Source: a virus (taxonomy: Duplodnaviria > Caudoviricetes). Taken from it: a stretch of 64,000 nt of DNA. Of this stretch, positions 17,740 through 27,447 are shown in pieces. A program made the translations under genes and the position numbers. A model generated the notes under the pieces. That model made no database searches. It was given only the letters and a program-made list of their open reading frames with translations, and had not been told where the DNA came from. The stretch is taken from the IMG/VR virus record IMGVR_UViG_3300028591_008352, positions 13,106 through 77,105 of that record; one strand, 5' to 3'. Positions within the stretch are counted from its first letter, which is position 1. Each line of letters starts with the position of its first letter.

Positions 17740-19520
17740 GAGACGACAAGAGGAAGAAGGCGGAAGCCGCAATCATGCAGTACATCAACGGGCTGTTCGG
17801 CCGGACCGAGGGCTATGCGTCTGCCGTGAGCAGGCACTTCACGTCTGCCGTGAACGCCCTGCTCGACCTTGCGGCAAAGGTTGACATGGAGCCCGACGAG
17901 GTGTTCTACTTCGCCGACCACAAGCGGCTGTCCGCCAAGGCGACCGCCATCCTCCGAGGGCTCTACAGCGCCGTGTACCAGGAAATCAGGAACGGCGTGA
18001 CAGCCGAATGGGACAACGCCAACGCCGCCACCGACCTGATGCTCACAAGGCTGTTCGGCAAGGAACTGCAAGAGGACAACCACTTTGCACGGTGGTTTGC
18101 CCGTAACCAGGAGGCCATGGACTCGTTCTTCAGCCGAAAGGACGTTCACGGTGGCCTGAACCTCTCGCAGAAGGTGTGGAAGTACACCAGCCAGTTCAAG
18201 GAGGAAATGGAGTTGGCATTGTCTGCCAGCCTCGGCCGTGGTGACTCGGCAGCCACCGTGTCGCGCCACGTGCGCCAGTACCTCAAGGAACCCGACAAGC
18301 TGTTCCGACGGGTGCGAGACGCCAATGGTAACCTGAAGCTGTCGAAGCGTGCCGCGGCGTACCACCCCGGACGAGGCGAGTACCGCAGCAGCTACAAGAA
18401 CGCCATGCGTCTTGCGAGGACGGAGACGAACTCCGCCTACCGTGCCGCCGACTGTGACCGCTGGGGCAACATCCCGTTTGTCGTGGGCATTGAGGTGAAG
18501 CGATCCAACCATCCGTTCGGCTGTGAGGTGTGCGAGCTCCTGAAAGGCAAGTACCCCAAGGACTTCGTGTTCACGGGATGGCATCCGCAGTGCCGATGCT
18601 ACATCGTACCCGTCATGGCGTCGGAGAAGGAAAGGATGGCTTACCACCGTGCCATACTGAAAGGCGAGGACGTGAGCGACTGGCACTTCAATGACGAGAT
18701 TACCGAGCCGCACGATGGGTTCAATAAATGGATTGGGGAGAACCAGGAGCGAATCGGTGAAGCAAGGCAGCGCGGAACGCTGCCCTACTGGATAAAGGAT
18801 AACCCGAAGTATGTGGGGTTTGAACAACTACATAGAAATAAGATGGCGTTGCAACATACTGAAATCATTGGAACTTCTGAACTGACAACCAAAGAACTCA
18901 ACCAACTATCTGGCAACATAAGGGAATTGTCGAAAAAGGCAGGAATATTTGGTAAAGACTACGAAATAGAATTCTCCGAGTTTTCGGATGGCACACTCAT
19001 GCAATGGAAGGATGGAAAGCTGACCATTTCAACTGTCAGGCATCAGCTGGAGGATGGAACAGTATTCTGCCCAACAGAGAACCTCCGCTCTGCCATCAGG
19101 AAACTTCAAAGAGGAGATACGCTTGAATTCAATGAAGAATACAGTATTGAGAGTCTGTTCCACGAGAGTGTTCACGCACGAGCAACACGGAAGACAGCTA
19201 TCATAGCTGGAAGTATGGACGAAAAAATAATGGAGACATGTACACAGCTATATGCCCGCGACAGATACGTGAAAATCCTAAAAGCTTACAAAGTCGATGC
19301 CGTTAACTTTGAGCGCATTATGACTGATGGATTGGGGTATAATTTAGAATGCTCCAAGTTGCGCGGATTCTTCATTAAGAATGGAGAATTACAAGTAGGT
19401 GAACTCATCAATATCGCCAATGAGACGGAGAGCGGAACACGGATAATGATGAAGAAACTTATTGGAATTGGATTGACAGAGAAAGATGCAAGGTCTATCC
19501 TGAGAAACTTTCTTAAATAG
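17736..19520 (+). CDS. MuF-like minor head protein with C-terminal HExxH metallopeptidase-like extension
   Basis: RLARTE, C-x2-C and GWHPQCRC MuF motifs; ESLFHESVH at about 19150-19175. Confidence 0.85.
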   Translation: MRDDKRKKAEAAIMQYINGLFGRTEGYASAVSRHFTSAVNALLDLAAKVDMEPDEVFYFADHKRLSAKATAILRGLYSAVYQEIRNGVTAEWDNANAATDLMLTRLFGKELQEDNHFARWFARNQEAMDSFFSRKDVHGGLNLSQKVWKYTSQFKEEMELALSASLGRGDSAATVSRHVRQYLKEPDKLFRRVRDANGNLKLSKRAAAYHPGRGEYRSSYKNAMRLARTETNSAYRAADCDRWGNIPFVVGIEVKRSNHPFGCEVCELLKGKYPKDFVFTGWHPQCRCYIVPVMASEKERMAYHRAILKGEDVSDWHFNDEITEPHDGFNKWIGENQERIGEARQRGTLPYWIKDNPKYVGFEQLHRNKMALQHTEIIGTSELTTKELNQLSGNIRELSKKAGIFGKDYEIEFSEFSDGTLMQWKDGKLTISTVRHQLEDGTVFCPTENLRSAIRKLQRGDTLEFNEEYSIESLFHESVHARATRKTAIIAGSMDEKIMETCTQLYARDRYVKILKAYKVDAVNFERIMTDGLGYNLECSKLRGFFIKNGELQVGELINIANETESGTRIMMKKLIGIGLTEKDARSILRNFLK

Positions 19521-19746
19521 CGTAGTCGTGGTAGCAAGTACCAAAAACCTTATGCACGTCGTTAGGAATCAAATCTGCATATTTTTTAGCAGTTGTAAGG
19601 TCGTGACGATAACGATAAAGTCGATAGATAAGACCGTAATGTTCAGTCTGAGTCCAATCTTCGAAATCATCCAAGGTACTATCAGCAAAGCCAAGCACGG
19701 CTTCACGTTCCTTTTTTGTGATATTATGGTCAAATATTGTTTCCAT
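19513..19746 (-). CDS. 77-aa protein with own promoter, convergent on MuF
   Basis: TTTG-N20-TATATTTG ends 4 nt before ATG19746. Confidence 0.7.
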   Translation of the reverse strand: METIFDHNITKKEREAVLGFADSTLDDFEDWTQTEHYGLIYRLYRYRHDLTTAKKYADLIPNDVHKVFGTCYHDYAI

Positions 19747-19801
19747 GCCGCAAATATACGATTTATAATTGAAACTACCAAATAAAAGTTGCAGGAGGTG
19801 G

Positions 19802-20047
19802 CTATTTACCACCCCTGCTTTTTGTATTCATACTCGCAGGGACAAGAATTCCCTGCCTGATGATGCACTTTTTGTTCTCGTACGGCTCTTTAGAGAGCTT
19901 TACGCAGTTCAAAAGAGTCTTGTAAGTGATTCCCACTACCTCGTTTGATAAAACGTCATACACGGCCTTTTTCGAGCCAAAGTAAAAATGCTTTGGCCTG
20001 TCTCCCGGCTCTTTCAGTTCCACATGGATAACTTTTCGTGTCTTCAT
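19802..20047 (-). CDS. Hypothetical protein
   Basis: 81-aa ORF in inverted cassette. Confidence 0.7.
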   Translation of the reverse strand: MKTRKVIHVELKEPGDRPKHFYFGSKKAVYDVLSNEVVGITYKTLLNCVKLSKEPYENKKCIIRQGILVPASMNTKSRGGK

Positions 20048-20388
20048 TGCTTTTTGCTTTTGAGTCTTTCAATGAGTGCGTCAGCATATTGTATCGCCTG
20101 TTCTGAGACAGCATCTGGTATGGTCTTTCCTGCGTACTGGTCACCGATACCATGGCCACTCATGAGAATGGTGCGTGTCGTTTCAGCGCAATATGGAAGG
20201 ACAGTCCGGGCTATCTCATACCTGCGCTGTTCCCAATCAATATTACTGTCACTCGTTTCTTGCACAAGTTCCACCTCTTCCGGACTGAGTTCTATGGGGC
20301 TACCGTAGCTGTCACATGTATTGAGTGTTATCTTGGCATAGGGTGCTAAATTCACCAGTTCGCCAGTCTTCTTGATTCTTGCTTTCAT
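20044..20388 (-). CDS. Hypothetical protein
   Basis: 114-aa ORF; DWEQRRYEIA motif seen in Bacteroidales phage proteins. Confidence 0.7.
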   Translation of the reverse strand: MKARIKKTGELVNLAPYAKITLNTCDSYGSPIELSPEEVELVQETSDSNIDWEQRRYEIARTVLPYCAETTRTILMSGHGIGDQYAGKTIPDAVSEQAIQYADALIERLKSKKQ

Positions 20389-20392
20389 TGTT

Positions 20393-21259
20393 TTACTTGA
20401 TGTTTAGAATTCTTTTTGCTGCATAGATGGCATTGTCCGTTAGCTGGCGCTGCCATGCCTGGTTAAATCGTGACCACTTGAAAGCAGATCCTTTCAACTT
20501 TGCCCTCAGTTCCTCTTCGGGAATCTCGTTGAAGTGGAGCCTCAGACGTTCCTCGCTGTAGCAATATTCGATGCTGCCCCATTCATATTCCTCTGTCCTA
20601 TCCTCGGTGTTGACCATCTTCGTGAGGCGGTCGATGCGCGCCTGTGTGTCCTTAATCTTGGCATTGTTGTTAGTAAGCTGGAATGGCGCAAAGCCTTTCC
20701 CCCACCATCCAGCGTCCCCCATCAACAACATTGCATCCTTTTCGCTGATGCCAAGATTCTCCAGTTCCTCCAGCTTCTCGATATCCGGCATCTTCTTTCG
20801 GATCACCGCATTGGCTTTCTTCATCCGCTCCTGAAGCTCGGTCAGCCTGTCAACCTTCTCTTGCAGGCGCTCGATTTCTTCCCAGCCCGTCAAGCGGTGC
20901 TGTCGGTTGAGACGCTTGATGACACGCTTCACCCAGTCGTTCAGTTTCTCACGGGCCGAGCGCTCCCACTCCAGATACTTGCGGTTTCTCGCCGTCGGGA
21001 ACTTTGCAGGTCCTGTCACCGCAGGGCTGGCACACCTTGACTGAGCGTGCAGCCAGTGGCGGAACAGTTCGATGAAACGTTTCTCATACTCCTCATGGAA
21101 TTCCTCTGGTATCTTCGAGAGGAAATCACTCAGTTCACTCTCGCAGCAGTTCAGCAACACTTCGCCAGCCCTCTCAGGGTCGAAACTGCTCCACCTATTG
21201 GCCTCGTAAGCCTCTTTCTTCAATGCCTCTACTGAGGCGCGTCTTGTAATCTGTGCCAT
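20393..21259 (-). CDS. Mobile-element protein (DUF3560/large-polyvalent-protein-associated-like)
   Basis: SRCASPAVTGPAKFP and RLHFNEIPEEELRAKLKGSAFKWS...AWQRQLT motifs. Confidence 0.6.
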   Translation of the reverse strand: MAQITRRASVEALKKEAYEANRWSSFDPERAGEVLLNCCESELSDFLSKIPEEFHEEYEKRFIELFRHWLHAQSRCASPAVTGPAKFPTARNRKYLEWERSAREKLNDWVKRVIKRLNRQHRLTGWEEIERLQEKVDRLTELQERMKKANAVIRKKMPDIEKLEELENLGISEKDAMLLMGDAGWWGKGFAPFQLTNNNAKIKDTQARIDRLTKMVNTEDRTEEYEWGSIEYCYSEERLRLHFNEIPEEELRAKLKGSAFKWSRFNQAWQRQLTDNAIYAAKRILNIK

Positions 21260-21263
21260 GTCG

Positions 21264-21542
21264 CTATCTTATTTGTTTGTTAGTGCATACCAACACGTCA
21301 CCCACGATGAAGTCACCATCATACAGTAAACTTTCAGCCAGTTCCGTTGCCTTGTCATTCACGGGAAGACCTTCAAACTTGCCTTCCTCGTTCATCACAA
21401 TCACCTCTCCGTCATCATTCATCAAGTAGAAAAGCTGGATGTAGCCACCCACAATCTTCTGCATTTCCTCGAGTTGGAAATCCGTGCCGTTCTTCGGCTC
21501 TACGGGAATAATCTCACCGTTTGTCTTAATAATTCTTGCCAT
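21264..21542 (-). CDS. DUF3846-like protein
   Basis: LEEMQKIVGGYI, NEEGK..GLPVN, IVGDVLV. Confidence 0.8.
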   Translation of the reverse strand: MARIIKTNGEIIPVEPKNGTDFQLEEMQKIVGGYIQLFYLMNDDGEVIVMNEEGKFEGLPVNDKATELAESLLYDGDFIVGDVLVCTNKQIR

Positions 21543-21593
21543 ATCAATATTGCGTTTATTGTGGGGAGTTGGTTAGGCTCCCCGTTACCTATG

Positions 21594-22058
21594 TTATTTG
21601 TTTGACAATACGTTTATCAGTAATTCTCTGTCAGCTTCCCAAAGGTTGTAGCCTTTCTCAATCTTCCTGCGTAGGTACTCAGAAGATCCGAGCATTTCGA
21701 TGGCCTTGGCTCTGAGGTCTGTTGCCGACCATTTCTCAGCCTGCTCAATCAGGAAGTCGGCCATTCCGTCATAGACGCTTGCCTTTGGCTCCAGTTCCTG
21801 AATCCGCTTGTAGTATTCAGAGAGTTTCTGTGTGTTCTCGTCAATAACACTTTCAAGCTCCTTTACTCTCAAATGGTTGTTTGCAGCATCCTTACACATG
21901 GCATCGTAGGCTTTCTGGATGCCTCCGTTCTTCTTCCACTGCTTGCACCAATCATCCTTGTCGAGATTGCTGTGTTCGTACTCCGGCTCTATCTCCTTGT
22001 GATAGTAGTCGTCTGTTGGTGTGAAACCCGTCCAGTCGATAAATTCCTTGATTAACAT
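21594..22058 (-). CDS. Hypothetical protein
   Basis: 154-aa ORF in inverted cassette. Confidence 0.7.
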   Translation of the reverse strand: MLIKEFIDWTGFTPTDDYYHKEIEPEYEHSNLDKDDWCKQWKKNGGIQKAYDAMCKDAANNHLRVKELESVIDENTQKLSEYYKRIQELEPKASVYDGMADFLIEQAEKWSATDLRAKAIEMLGSSEYLRRKIEKGYNLWEADRELLINVLSNK

Positions 22059-22069
22059 AACTCTTTGCT

Positions 22070-22318
22070 TTACTTGTTCATTAACTTGTTAAAATACTTT
22101 TGGGTGTCCTCTGCGCTTGCTTCACTGCAGATTTCAGCCGGGTAGATGAAATCATCGTCATCCCCTTGGTCATTGAGTTTCAGTTCGCCGTCAATGACGC
22201 ATGATGAAAGAAGATAGGCATCGTAGCCGAAGTCATCTTTCGTGTAACCGCCAATCATTCCCTGGTGCCATCTGATTCCATCGAGATAGACAACCGTTCC
22301 AAGTTTTAGCTTTTCCAT
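22070..22318 (-). CDS. Hypothetical protein
   Basis: 82-aa acidic ORF. Confidence 0.65.
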   Translation of the reverse strand: MEKLKLGTVVYLDGIRWHQGMIGGYTKDDFGYDAYLLSSCVIDGELKLNDQGDDDDFIYPAEICSEASAEDTQKYFNKLMNK

Positions 22319-22327
22319 GTCTGATAA

Positions 22328-22483
22328 TTACTTGTTAATAAAAAGGTTGATGTACTTTGCCAGTCCGTACATAACGATTCCGCTGTTCATGTCATTCGAC
22401 TTCCTGGCGACAAAGTTTCTCATGCCACGCTCCGTCTTGAAGCTCTTGGTCTTTCCCGTGATAAATAATACCTTAAATTCCAT
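22328..22483 (-). CDS. 51-aa hypothetical protein
   Basis: ATG22483 lies downstream of leftward -7 box TAAATTTG (22531-22538). Confidence 0.55.
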   Translation of the reverse strand: MEFKVLFITGKTKSFKTERGMRNFVARKSNDMNSGIVMYGLAKYINLFINK

Positions 22484-22504
22484 ATCTGTATTGCGTTTTG
22501 TTGT

Positions 22505-22676
22505 GTGCTTATTAAGCACGTTTGGTGTTGCAAATTTATAGAATATGTTTAATATATGCAAGTATTTAAGCTAAATATTTAAATTTAAGGCAAATATTTA
22601 AGAAAGTTTAACTTTATAATTAATTCAAAATAATAATGCTTATTAAGCACCTTTTCGAAAAATATGTCTATATTTG
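22505..22676. promoter_or_regulatory. Divergent promoter region with two TGCTTATTAAGCA palindromes
   Basis: Palindromes at 22506-22518 and 22637-22649; -7 boxes at 22531-22538 (minus) and 22669-22676 (plus). Confidence 0.75.
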
Positions 22677-22702
22677 TACCCGTTTACATTTCCTTAATTA
22701 CA

Positions 22703-23335
22703 ATGAACAAGAAATTACTTAAGGCTCTGCAAGACAAGTGCAAGGACTTTGGATTGACAGACAAGGCAATCGAGGAGCTGGCCGAGTCAGCTTCCGAGGG
22801 TCTCAGCGATGAGTCCTCAGACGAGGACATCGAGAATGCTGCGGATTCTCTCATTCCAACTGCAAAGATTATTCAGGGGGAGATTACGAGGAAGACGCGC
22901 AAACAGGCTTCCAAGACTAAGACCACGACCAAAAAGGCTGGGGATGATGACGACGAGGGAGCAGGTGACGACGATGAGGGCAACGATGACGGCAAGAATC
23001 CCCCTTCGTGGTTCCGCAAATACAAGAAGCAGAACGACGAGGCCATCAAGGCATTGCAGGATGAAAATGCTGCACTGAAAGCTGAGAAGGCCAAGGGTGA
23101 GCGTCAGACAGCCATCACTCTGAAAGCGAAAGAGCTTAGAATCCCCGACTTCCTCATGAAGCGTTTCAGCATTGCCGATGACGCAGACATCGAGCAGGAG
23201 TTGAAGGAGTACAAGCAGGAGCTGGTCACAAACAAGCTGATGCCTGCCGAAAAGGCGGACATCTTATCATCCTCTCAAAAGGCAATGGAGGATGATGCCG
23301 AAGAGTGGGCCAAATCATTGCCTGACAACAAGTAA
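22703..23335 (+). CDS. Capsid scaffolding protein
   Basis: Acidic, helical; precedes head decoration and capsid genes. Confidence 0.7.
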   Translation: MNKKLLKALQDKCKDFGLTDKAIEELAESASEGLSDESSDEDIENAADSLIPTAKIIQGEITRKTRKQASKTKTTTKKAGDDDDEGAGDDDEGNDDGKNPPSWFRKYKKQNDEAIKALQDENAALKAEKAKGERQTAITLKAKELRIPDFLMKRFSIADDADIEQELKEYKQELVTNKLMPAEKADILSSSQKAMEDDAEEWAKSLPDNK

Positions 23336-23350
23336 AACCATTAGTGTAAG

Positions 23351-24085
23351 ATGATTACATTCGCATCTGAATCCTACACGAAGCACCCGAACCCTTTCTG
23401 GCGCCAGGAGCGTAGAATCCTGCCAGCAGGTTTCAAGCCCGTGCAGGAGTTCCCCGTAGGTACGAAAATCTACCGAGGGGCATGGGTGAAGGTTCTTGCC
23501 GGACTGACTTGCGGCGTCACCAAGGTGGCTCAGGTCCTGACTGGCGGCACCACCACGAAGCCAAGGGTTGCGAAGGGTGGCTATTTCCAGGTTGGTGACG
23601 TTGTTATGGATCTGTCCAACAACGCCAAGACGACAACCGTCAAGGCCATCGACACCAGCAACCCCGACTATGACGTGCTGACTCTCAATGCTGCTATCTC
23701 CACGCTTGCAGAGGGTCACTTCATTCAGGAAGCGAACGAGTATGGCTACATCGACGCAGAGAGCACAACAGAGGGAGCCTTGAAGATTGTCGCCTCCGGC
23801 GCAACCACAGGGCAGGTAAACCTCGCCGACGTGACTCCCTACCTCGGTGAAAAGACCCTCGCTGCTAACGACTATGTTGTGCTGCAGAGCGCCACGCCTA
23901 AGTTCATTCCTAACAGCGTGCTTGCCGAAGACGAGGAATTCGTCAAGGAGCGTTATCCCGCTCTGGCACCGGCGTATGACGCTGTTCTTCTGAAAGACAT
24001 TCTCCCGCCGTTCCCCGAGGAATGGCTGATTGAGGGTGGTTATGCACTCAAAACAAATCCTAACATCAAAGTAATCGAGCAGTAA
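23351..24085 (+). CDS. Head decoration-like protein
   Basis: Position between scaffold and capsid; beta-rich. Confidence 0.6.
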   Translation: MITFASESYTKHPNPFWRQERRILPAGFKPVQEFPVGTKIYRGAWVKVLAGLTCGVTKVAQVLTGGTTTKPRVAKGGYFQVGDVVMDLSNNAKTTTVKAIDTSNPDYDVLTLNAAISTLAEGHFIQEANEYGYIDAESTTEGALKIVASGATTGQVNLADVTPYLGEKTLAANDYVVLQSATPKFIPNSVLAEDEEFVKERYPALAPAYDAVLLKDILPPFPEEWLIEGGYALKTNPNIKVIEQ

Positions 24086-24087
24086 CT

Positions 24088-25188
24088 ATGCCAGAACTCA
24101 GTTCTCTTTTTGGCGAACTCACGAAGAACGTGCAGATTCGCATCGACAAGGCTTCTGAGCTGCAGAAGCGACTGTTTGACCAGGTGCTCTACACCCGATG
24201 GCTCGACTGGGATGACCCAACCATCGGACTGGACTTCGAGGAACTTGTGGGCAAGTACAACATCACCGTTGTAGCTCCCACTATCGGCATTGATGCCAAG
24301 GATCCTATCTTGCAGACGGAAGGCTTGGAGACCATCAAGAAGAGCGTGATGAACCACGCCCTCACGTTGCCTCTGAGCATGAAGGACTATCGCAAGATGC
24401 TCCAGATTCTCGACTCCAAGAGCCTCAGTGACAAGCAGAAGAGCCGCCAGCTCATCAACCTCATGTGGGGCAACGTACAGACGGTTGTCAACGCAGTAGA
24501 GGGTAAGATTGACATGATTTTCCTCGGTATGCTCTCCAATCACGGCGTATTCACCTTCGACGAGAACAACAACCCCGAGGGCCCGATCCGTGGCGGCATC
24601 AGCATGAACTTCCCGCAGGCCAACCTTGCCACAAGTAAGGTGGAATGGACGGAGGCCAACCTCGACACCGTTGACCCGATGGAAGACGTTTTCGAGCTGA
24701 TTGACGCTGCCGAGGACAAGACCAGCCTCTCCACCATCCTCTGTGCTCCTTCGCGCATCAGCTACATGTGCCGCTGCAAGAAGATGAAGCAGATGATTTG
24801 GGGTACCGACAAGTCCTCGAAGATTGTCACCTTGAAGGACATCAACGAGTACATGCAGAGCAACGACTATCCCACCTTCGAGAAGGTGCGCCGCCGCCTG
24901 CGTGTGCAGAAGGGCCGTCAGTTCCTGAGCTACAACCCGTGGAACGAGAAGAACCTGGTGGGCATCCCTGCCGGTAAGCTCGGAACCGTCAAGAACGCCT
25001 ACGCTGACAATGAGCTGAAGCAGGAGGCCGATGTTGCCTACAGCAACTATGGTCGCATCCGCATCAGCCAGTGGAACGTGGGCGAGACCAAGGGCGACAA
25101 CCACGGTGAGTTTACCAAGGCTCAGTCCCTCTCTTTGCCCATCATTACTGAAGGAATGGATATCTATACCCTCAAGACTCAGCAGTGA
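24088..25188 (+). CDS. Major capsid protein
   Basis: 366 aa, strong codon bias, position; GMLSNHG...NFP pattern of major capsid E-like proteins. Confidence 0.85.
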   Translation: MPELSSLFGELTKNVQIRIDKASELQKRLFDQVLYTRWLDWDDPTIGLDFEELVGKYNITVVAPTIGIDAKDPILQTEGLETIKKSVMNHALTLPLSMKDYRKMLQILDSKSLSDKQKSRQLINLMWGNVQTVVNAVEGKIDMIFLGMLSNHGVFTFDENNNPEGPIRGGISMNFPQANLATSKVEWTEANLDTVDPMEDVFELIDAAEDKTSLSTILCAPSRISYMCRCKKMKQMIWGTDKSSKIVTLKDINEYMQSNDYPTFEKVRRRLRVQKGRQFLSYNPWNEKNLVGIPAGKLGTVKNAYADNELKQEADVAYSNYGRIRISQWNVGETKGDNHGEFTKAQSLSLPIITEGMDIYTLKTQQ

Positions 25189-25526
25189 TGTACAGAACTA
25201 ACTTGGAAGCACTCAGGGCGAAGTGCAAGCTGATATGCAACACCTGCTATGTGGACGATGACGTACTGAAGGACGTACTTATTGAAAACGGCATCCATCC
25301 AGATGACAGTGCCTCGGCTGGAAACGCAGACCTGTTCAAGGCGGCAATCATTGTCGTCAGGGGATGGGTGGAGACGGCACGTAGCGAGGGTGGAATCAGC
25401 GCCAGCATCGACCGCGAGGCGGTGGACAAGAACATCCTCTTCTGGTGCCAGCGGTTCGGCCTGGATGCTTCCGAGTATCTCTCTGAAAGTATGACCGTGA
25501 TACAGGACGGGTCTAACATGTACTGA
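25185..25526 (+). CDS. Head-tail connector/adaptor
   Basis: Position after capsid; SEGGISAS motif. Confidence 0.65.
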   Translation: MMYRTNLEALRAKCKLICNTCYVDDDVLKDVLIENGIHPDDSASAGNADLFKAAIIVVRGWVETARSEGGISASIDREAVDKNILFWCQRFGLDASEYLSESMTVIQDGSNMY

Positions 25527-25527
25527 T

Positions 25528-25845
25528 ATGCGTACCAACGGAACCATGACATACAGGCTGTGCGCCACGGAAGGGCAGTTCGACGAGGATGGCCAGCCCA
25601 TCGCCGCCGACTCCGTGTGGAGCGAGCCCGTACGCTGTTTCATCAAGACGAACACCCACGACAACAAGGGTACGAGCGTCAGCGGGACTTTCACGCATGA
25701 GGCATACGAAGTGCTGATTGAGCGGATTCCCGAAGGCCTCGATACTGACACAGTGAGACTCGTCAGGGGGAACAGGGAGCTTGGCGAGTTCAAGGTGCAG
25801 GACATTCAGGACGTGTCTCTCGACAGGATTAGGATCATTGTCTGA
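25528..25845 (+). CDS. Head closure-like protein
   Basis: Position and size. Confidence 0.55.
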   Translation: MRTNGTMTYRLCATEGQFDEDGQPIAADSVWSEPVRCFIKTNTHDNKGTSVSGTFTHEAYEVLIERIPEGLDTDTVRLVRGNRELGEFKVQDIQDVSLDRIRIIV

Positions 25846-25846
25846 C

Positions 25847-26380
25847 ATGGGGATTCAACTCAAATACTCATTTGATTTAGACGCCTTGGGGGATGTCGTT
25901 ACCGAGAACGTCAGGAAATCCATCGTCAGCGTACTTACCGACGTGGGCATGCAATGCATCGCAGAGGCAAGGAGCAACGGTAACTACGAAGACCAGACAG
26001 GTAACCTGCGTTCGTCCATCGGCTTTGCCGTAGTGGTTGACGGTAAAATAGTTACCAAAAGCGGTTTCACCCAAGTACAGGGACGTGGCGAGAACATGGC
26101 ACTTGTAAGATACAAGACCAAAGCTGGCAAAGAGGTGAAGTTTTGGGCTAAGGGTAAAAGCGGGGATGGTTCAGAAGGAGTAAGGCAAGGCGAACAACTC
26201 CTTGACAAACTTGCATCGGAACATTCCACTGGTATCTGCCTAATTGTCGCAGCCGGCATGAGCTACGCCGTCTATGTCGAGGGTCGTGGAAAAAACGTAC
26301 TGACATCTGCCAAACTCCTGTCTGAGCGAGTGATTCCTGATATGTTTCAGCAACTTGGTATCAAAGTGAGAAAGAAATGA
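25847..26380 (+). CDS. Neck/tail-completion protein (HK97 gp10-like)
   Basis: YEDQTGNLRSSIGF, AGMSYAVYVE. Confidence 0.75.
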   Translation: MGIQLKYSFDLDALGDVVTENVRKSIVSVLTDVGMQCIAEARSNGNYEDQTGNLRSSIGFAVVVDGKIVTKSGFTQVQGRGENMALVRYKTKAGKEVKFWAKGKSGDGSEGVRQGEQLLDKLASEHSTGICLIVAAGMSYAVYVEGRGKNVLTSAKLLSERVIPDMFQQLGIKVRKK

Positions 26381-26799
26381 GCGACATCAAGACCGGGACA
26401 CAGATTGAGAAGGACTTCTTCCATTTCGTAAAGGAGAGCTCGATTGCCTCCACCATAAGGGGAAAGGTCTATCGTGACGGAACGAGACCGAGGAACTCCA
26501 AGGCCGAGGATGCCGTTGTCATCTTCACAAGCGGGTTGGACGGACAGATCCAGGACGGTGTTGTGGTGCTCAACGTGTTCGTTCCAAAGAAGCCCTTCGG
26601 GAAGGACACCGAGCCAGTGAAGGATATCGGGCGTGTAGATGAACTTGAACAGCTCATTCGAGACTGGTTGAGGTTCTGGGACAATACGGAATATCTCATC
26701 GTGTCAAGGGACAGGCCGACCATTCGTTCCTATGAAGACCCTGAAACCCACGAGACATACATTCATGCAAGATTGAAATTTAGAAGATGTGCTGAATAA
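26377..26799 (+). CDS. Tail terminator-like protein
   Basis: Position before tail tube; size. Confidence 0.6.
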   Translation: MSDIKTGTQIEKDFFHFVKESSIASTIRGKVYRDGTRPRNSKAEDAVVIFTSGLDGQIQDGVVVLNVFVPKKPFGKDTEPVKDIGRVDELEQLIRDWLRFWDNTEYLIVSRDRPTIRSYEDPETHETYIHARLKFRRCAE

Positions 26800-26810
26800 A
26801 AAAAATTACC

Positions 26811-27398
26811 ATGGCAAAGAAAAAGAAAATACTGGGATGGGGCGATTGTACTGGCAAGTGCACGCCCGTTAGCGGCGACCCCGAGTCCTATGACGACATC
26901 GTGGAGAACTCCGCCTCCCTCTCCGTAGAAGAAGGTGAGGAACAGGAGGCTAACGTCGAGGGCGGTAAGGCCGAAGGCCGCAAGCAAGCCCCGGACAAGT
27001 ACCTCATCGAATTTGACCGACGCATCGGTGATGTAGACGAGGTCAAGGTAGGCTTTGTGGAGGATGCCGGCGATTGCGCCATCATCCCGAAGAATGTTGG
27101 AGCCGTATATGCCGAACTGAAAGACTGCTCGCGTAAGATTACGCTGAAGCAAGACTCTACCGACGGACTTGTGGCTCACTACCTGTACAAGACAAAGGGT
27201 AGCACTGACTCGGAGGGGAACCTTGACGACGTTCTCATCAAGGAGCACGATTCCGCAGACGAGAGCTACACTGCCGTTGAGTCCACCTCTGGCAAGAATC
27301 CACGCGAGGAAGGCTGGTATATCAAGAATGGCGACGTTTACATCCACTCTTGGGACAAGGAGCCAGCTCAAGGCACCACCTACTACGAGCTCGGGTAG
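26811..27398 (+). CDS. Major tail (tube) protein
   Basis: Position; ILGWGDC, EEQEANVEGG. Confidence 0.7.
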   Translation: MAKKKKILGWGDCTGKCTPVSGDPESYDDIVENSASLSVEEGEEQEANVEGGKAEGRKQAPDKYLIEFDRRIGDVDEVKVGFVEDAGDCAIIPKNVGAVYAELKDCSRKITLKQDSTDGLVAHYLYKTKGSTDSEGNLDDVLIKEHDSADESYTAVESTSGKNPREEGWYIKNGDVYIHSWDKEPAQGTTYYELG

Positions 27399-27447
27399 GC
27401 TTTTTCATTTACCCTTGCCGACCGGGGTTTATCGGTCGGCATTATAT

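Noticed and set aside
15184-18827. Long antisense ORFs (15184-15960, 16001-17308, 17673-18827)
   Set aside because: They lie opposite GC-biased terL, portal and MuF genes, have no recognisable motifs and are best explained as shadow ORFs
24040-25104. 354-aa antisense ORF over the capsid gene
   Set aside because: Shadow ORF of a strongly codon-biased gene
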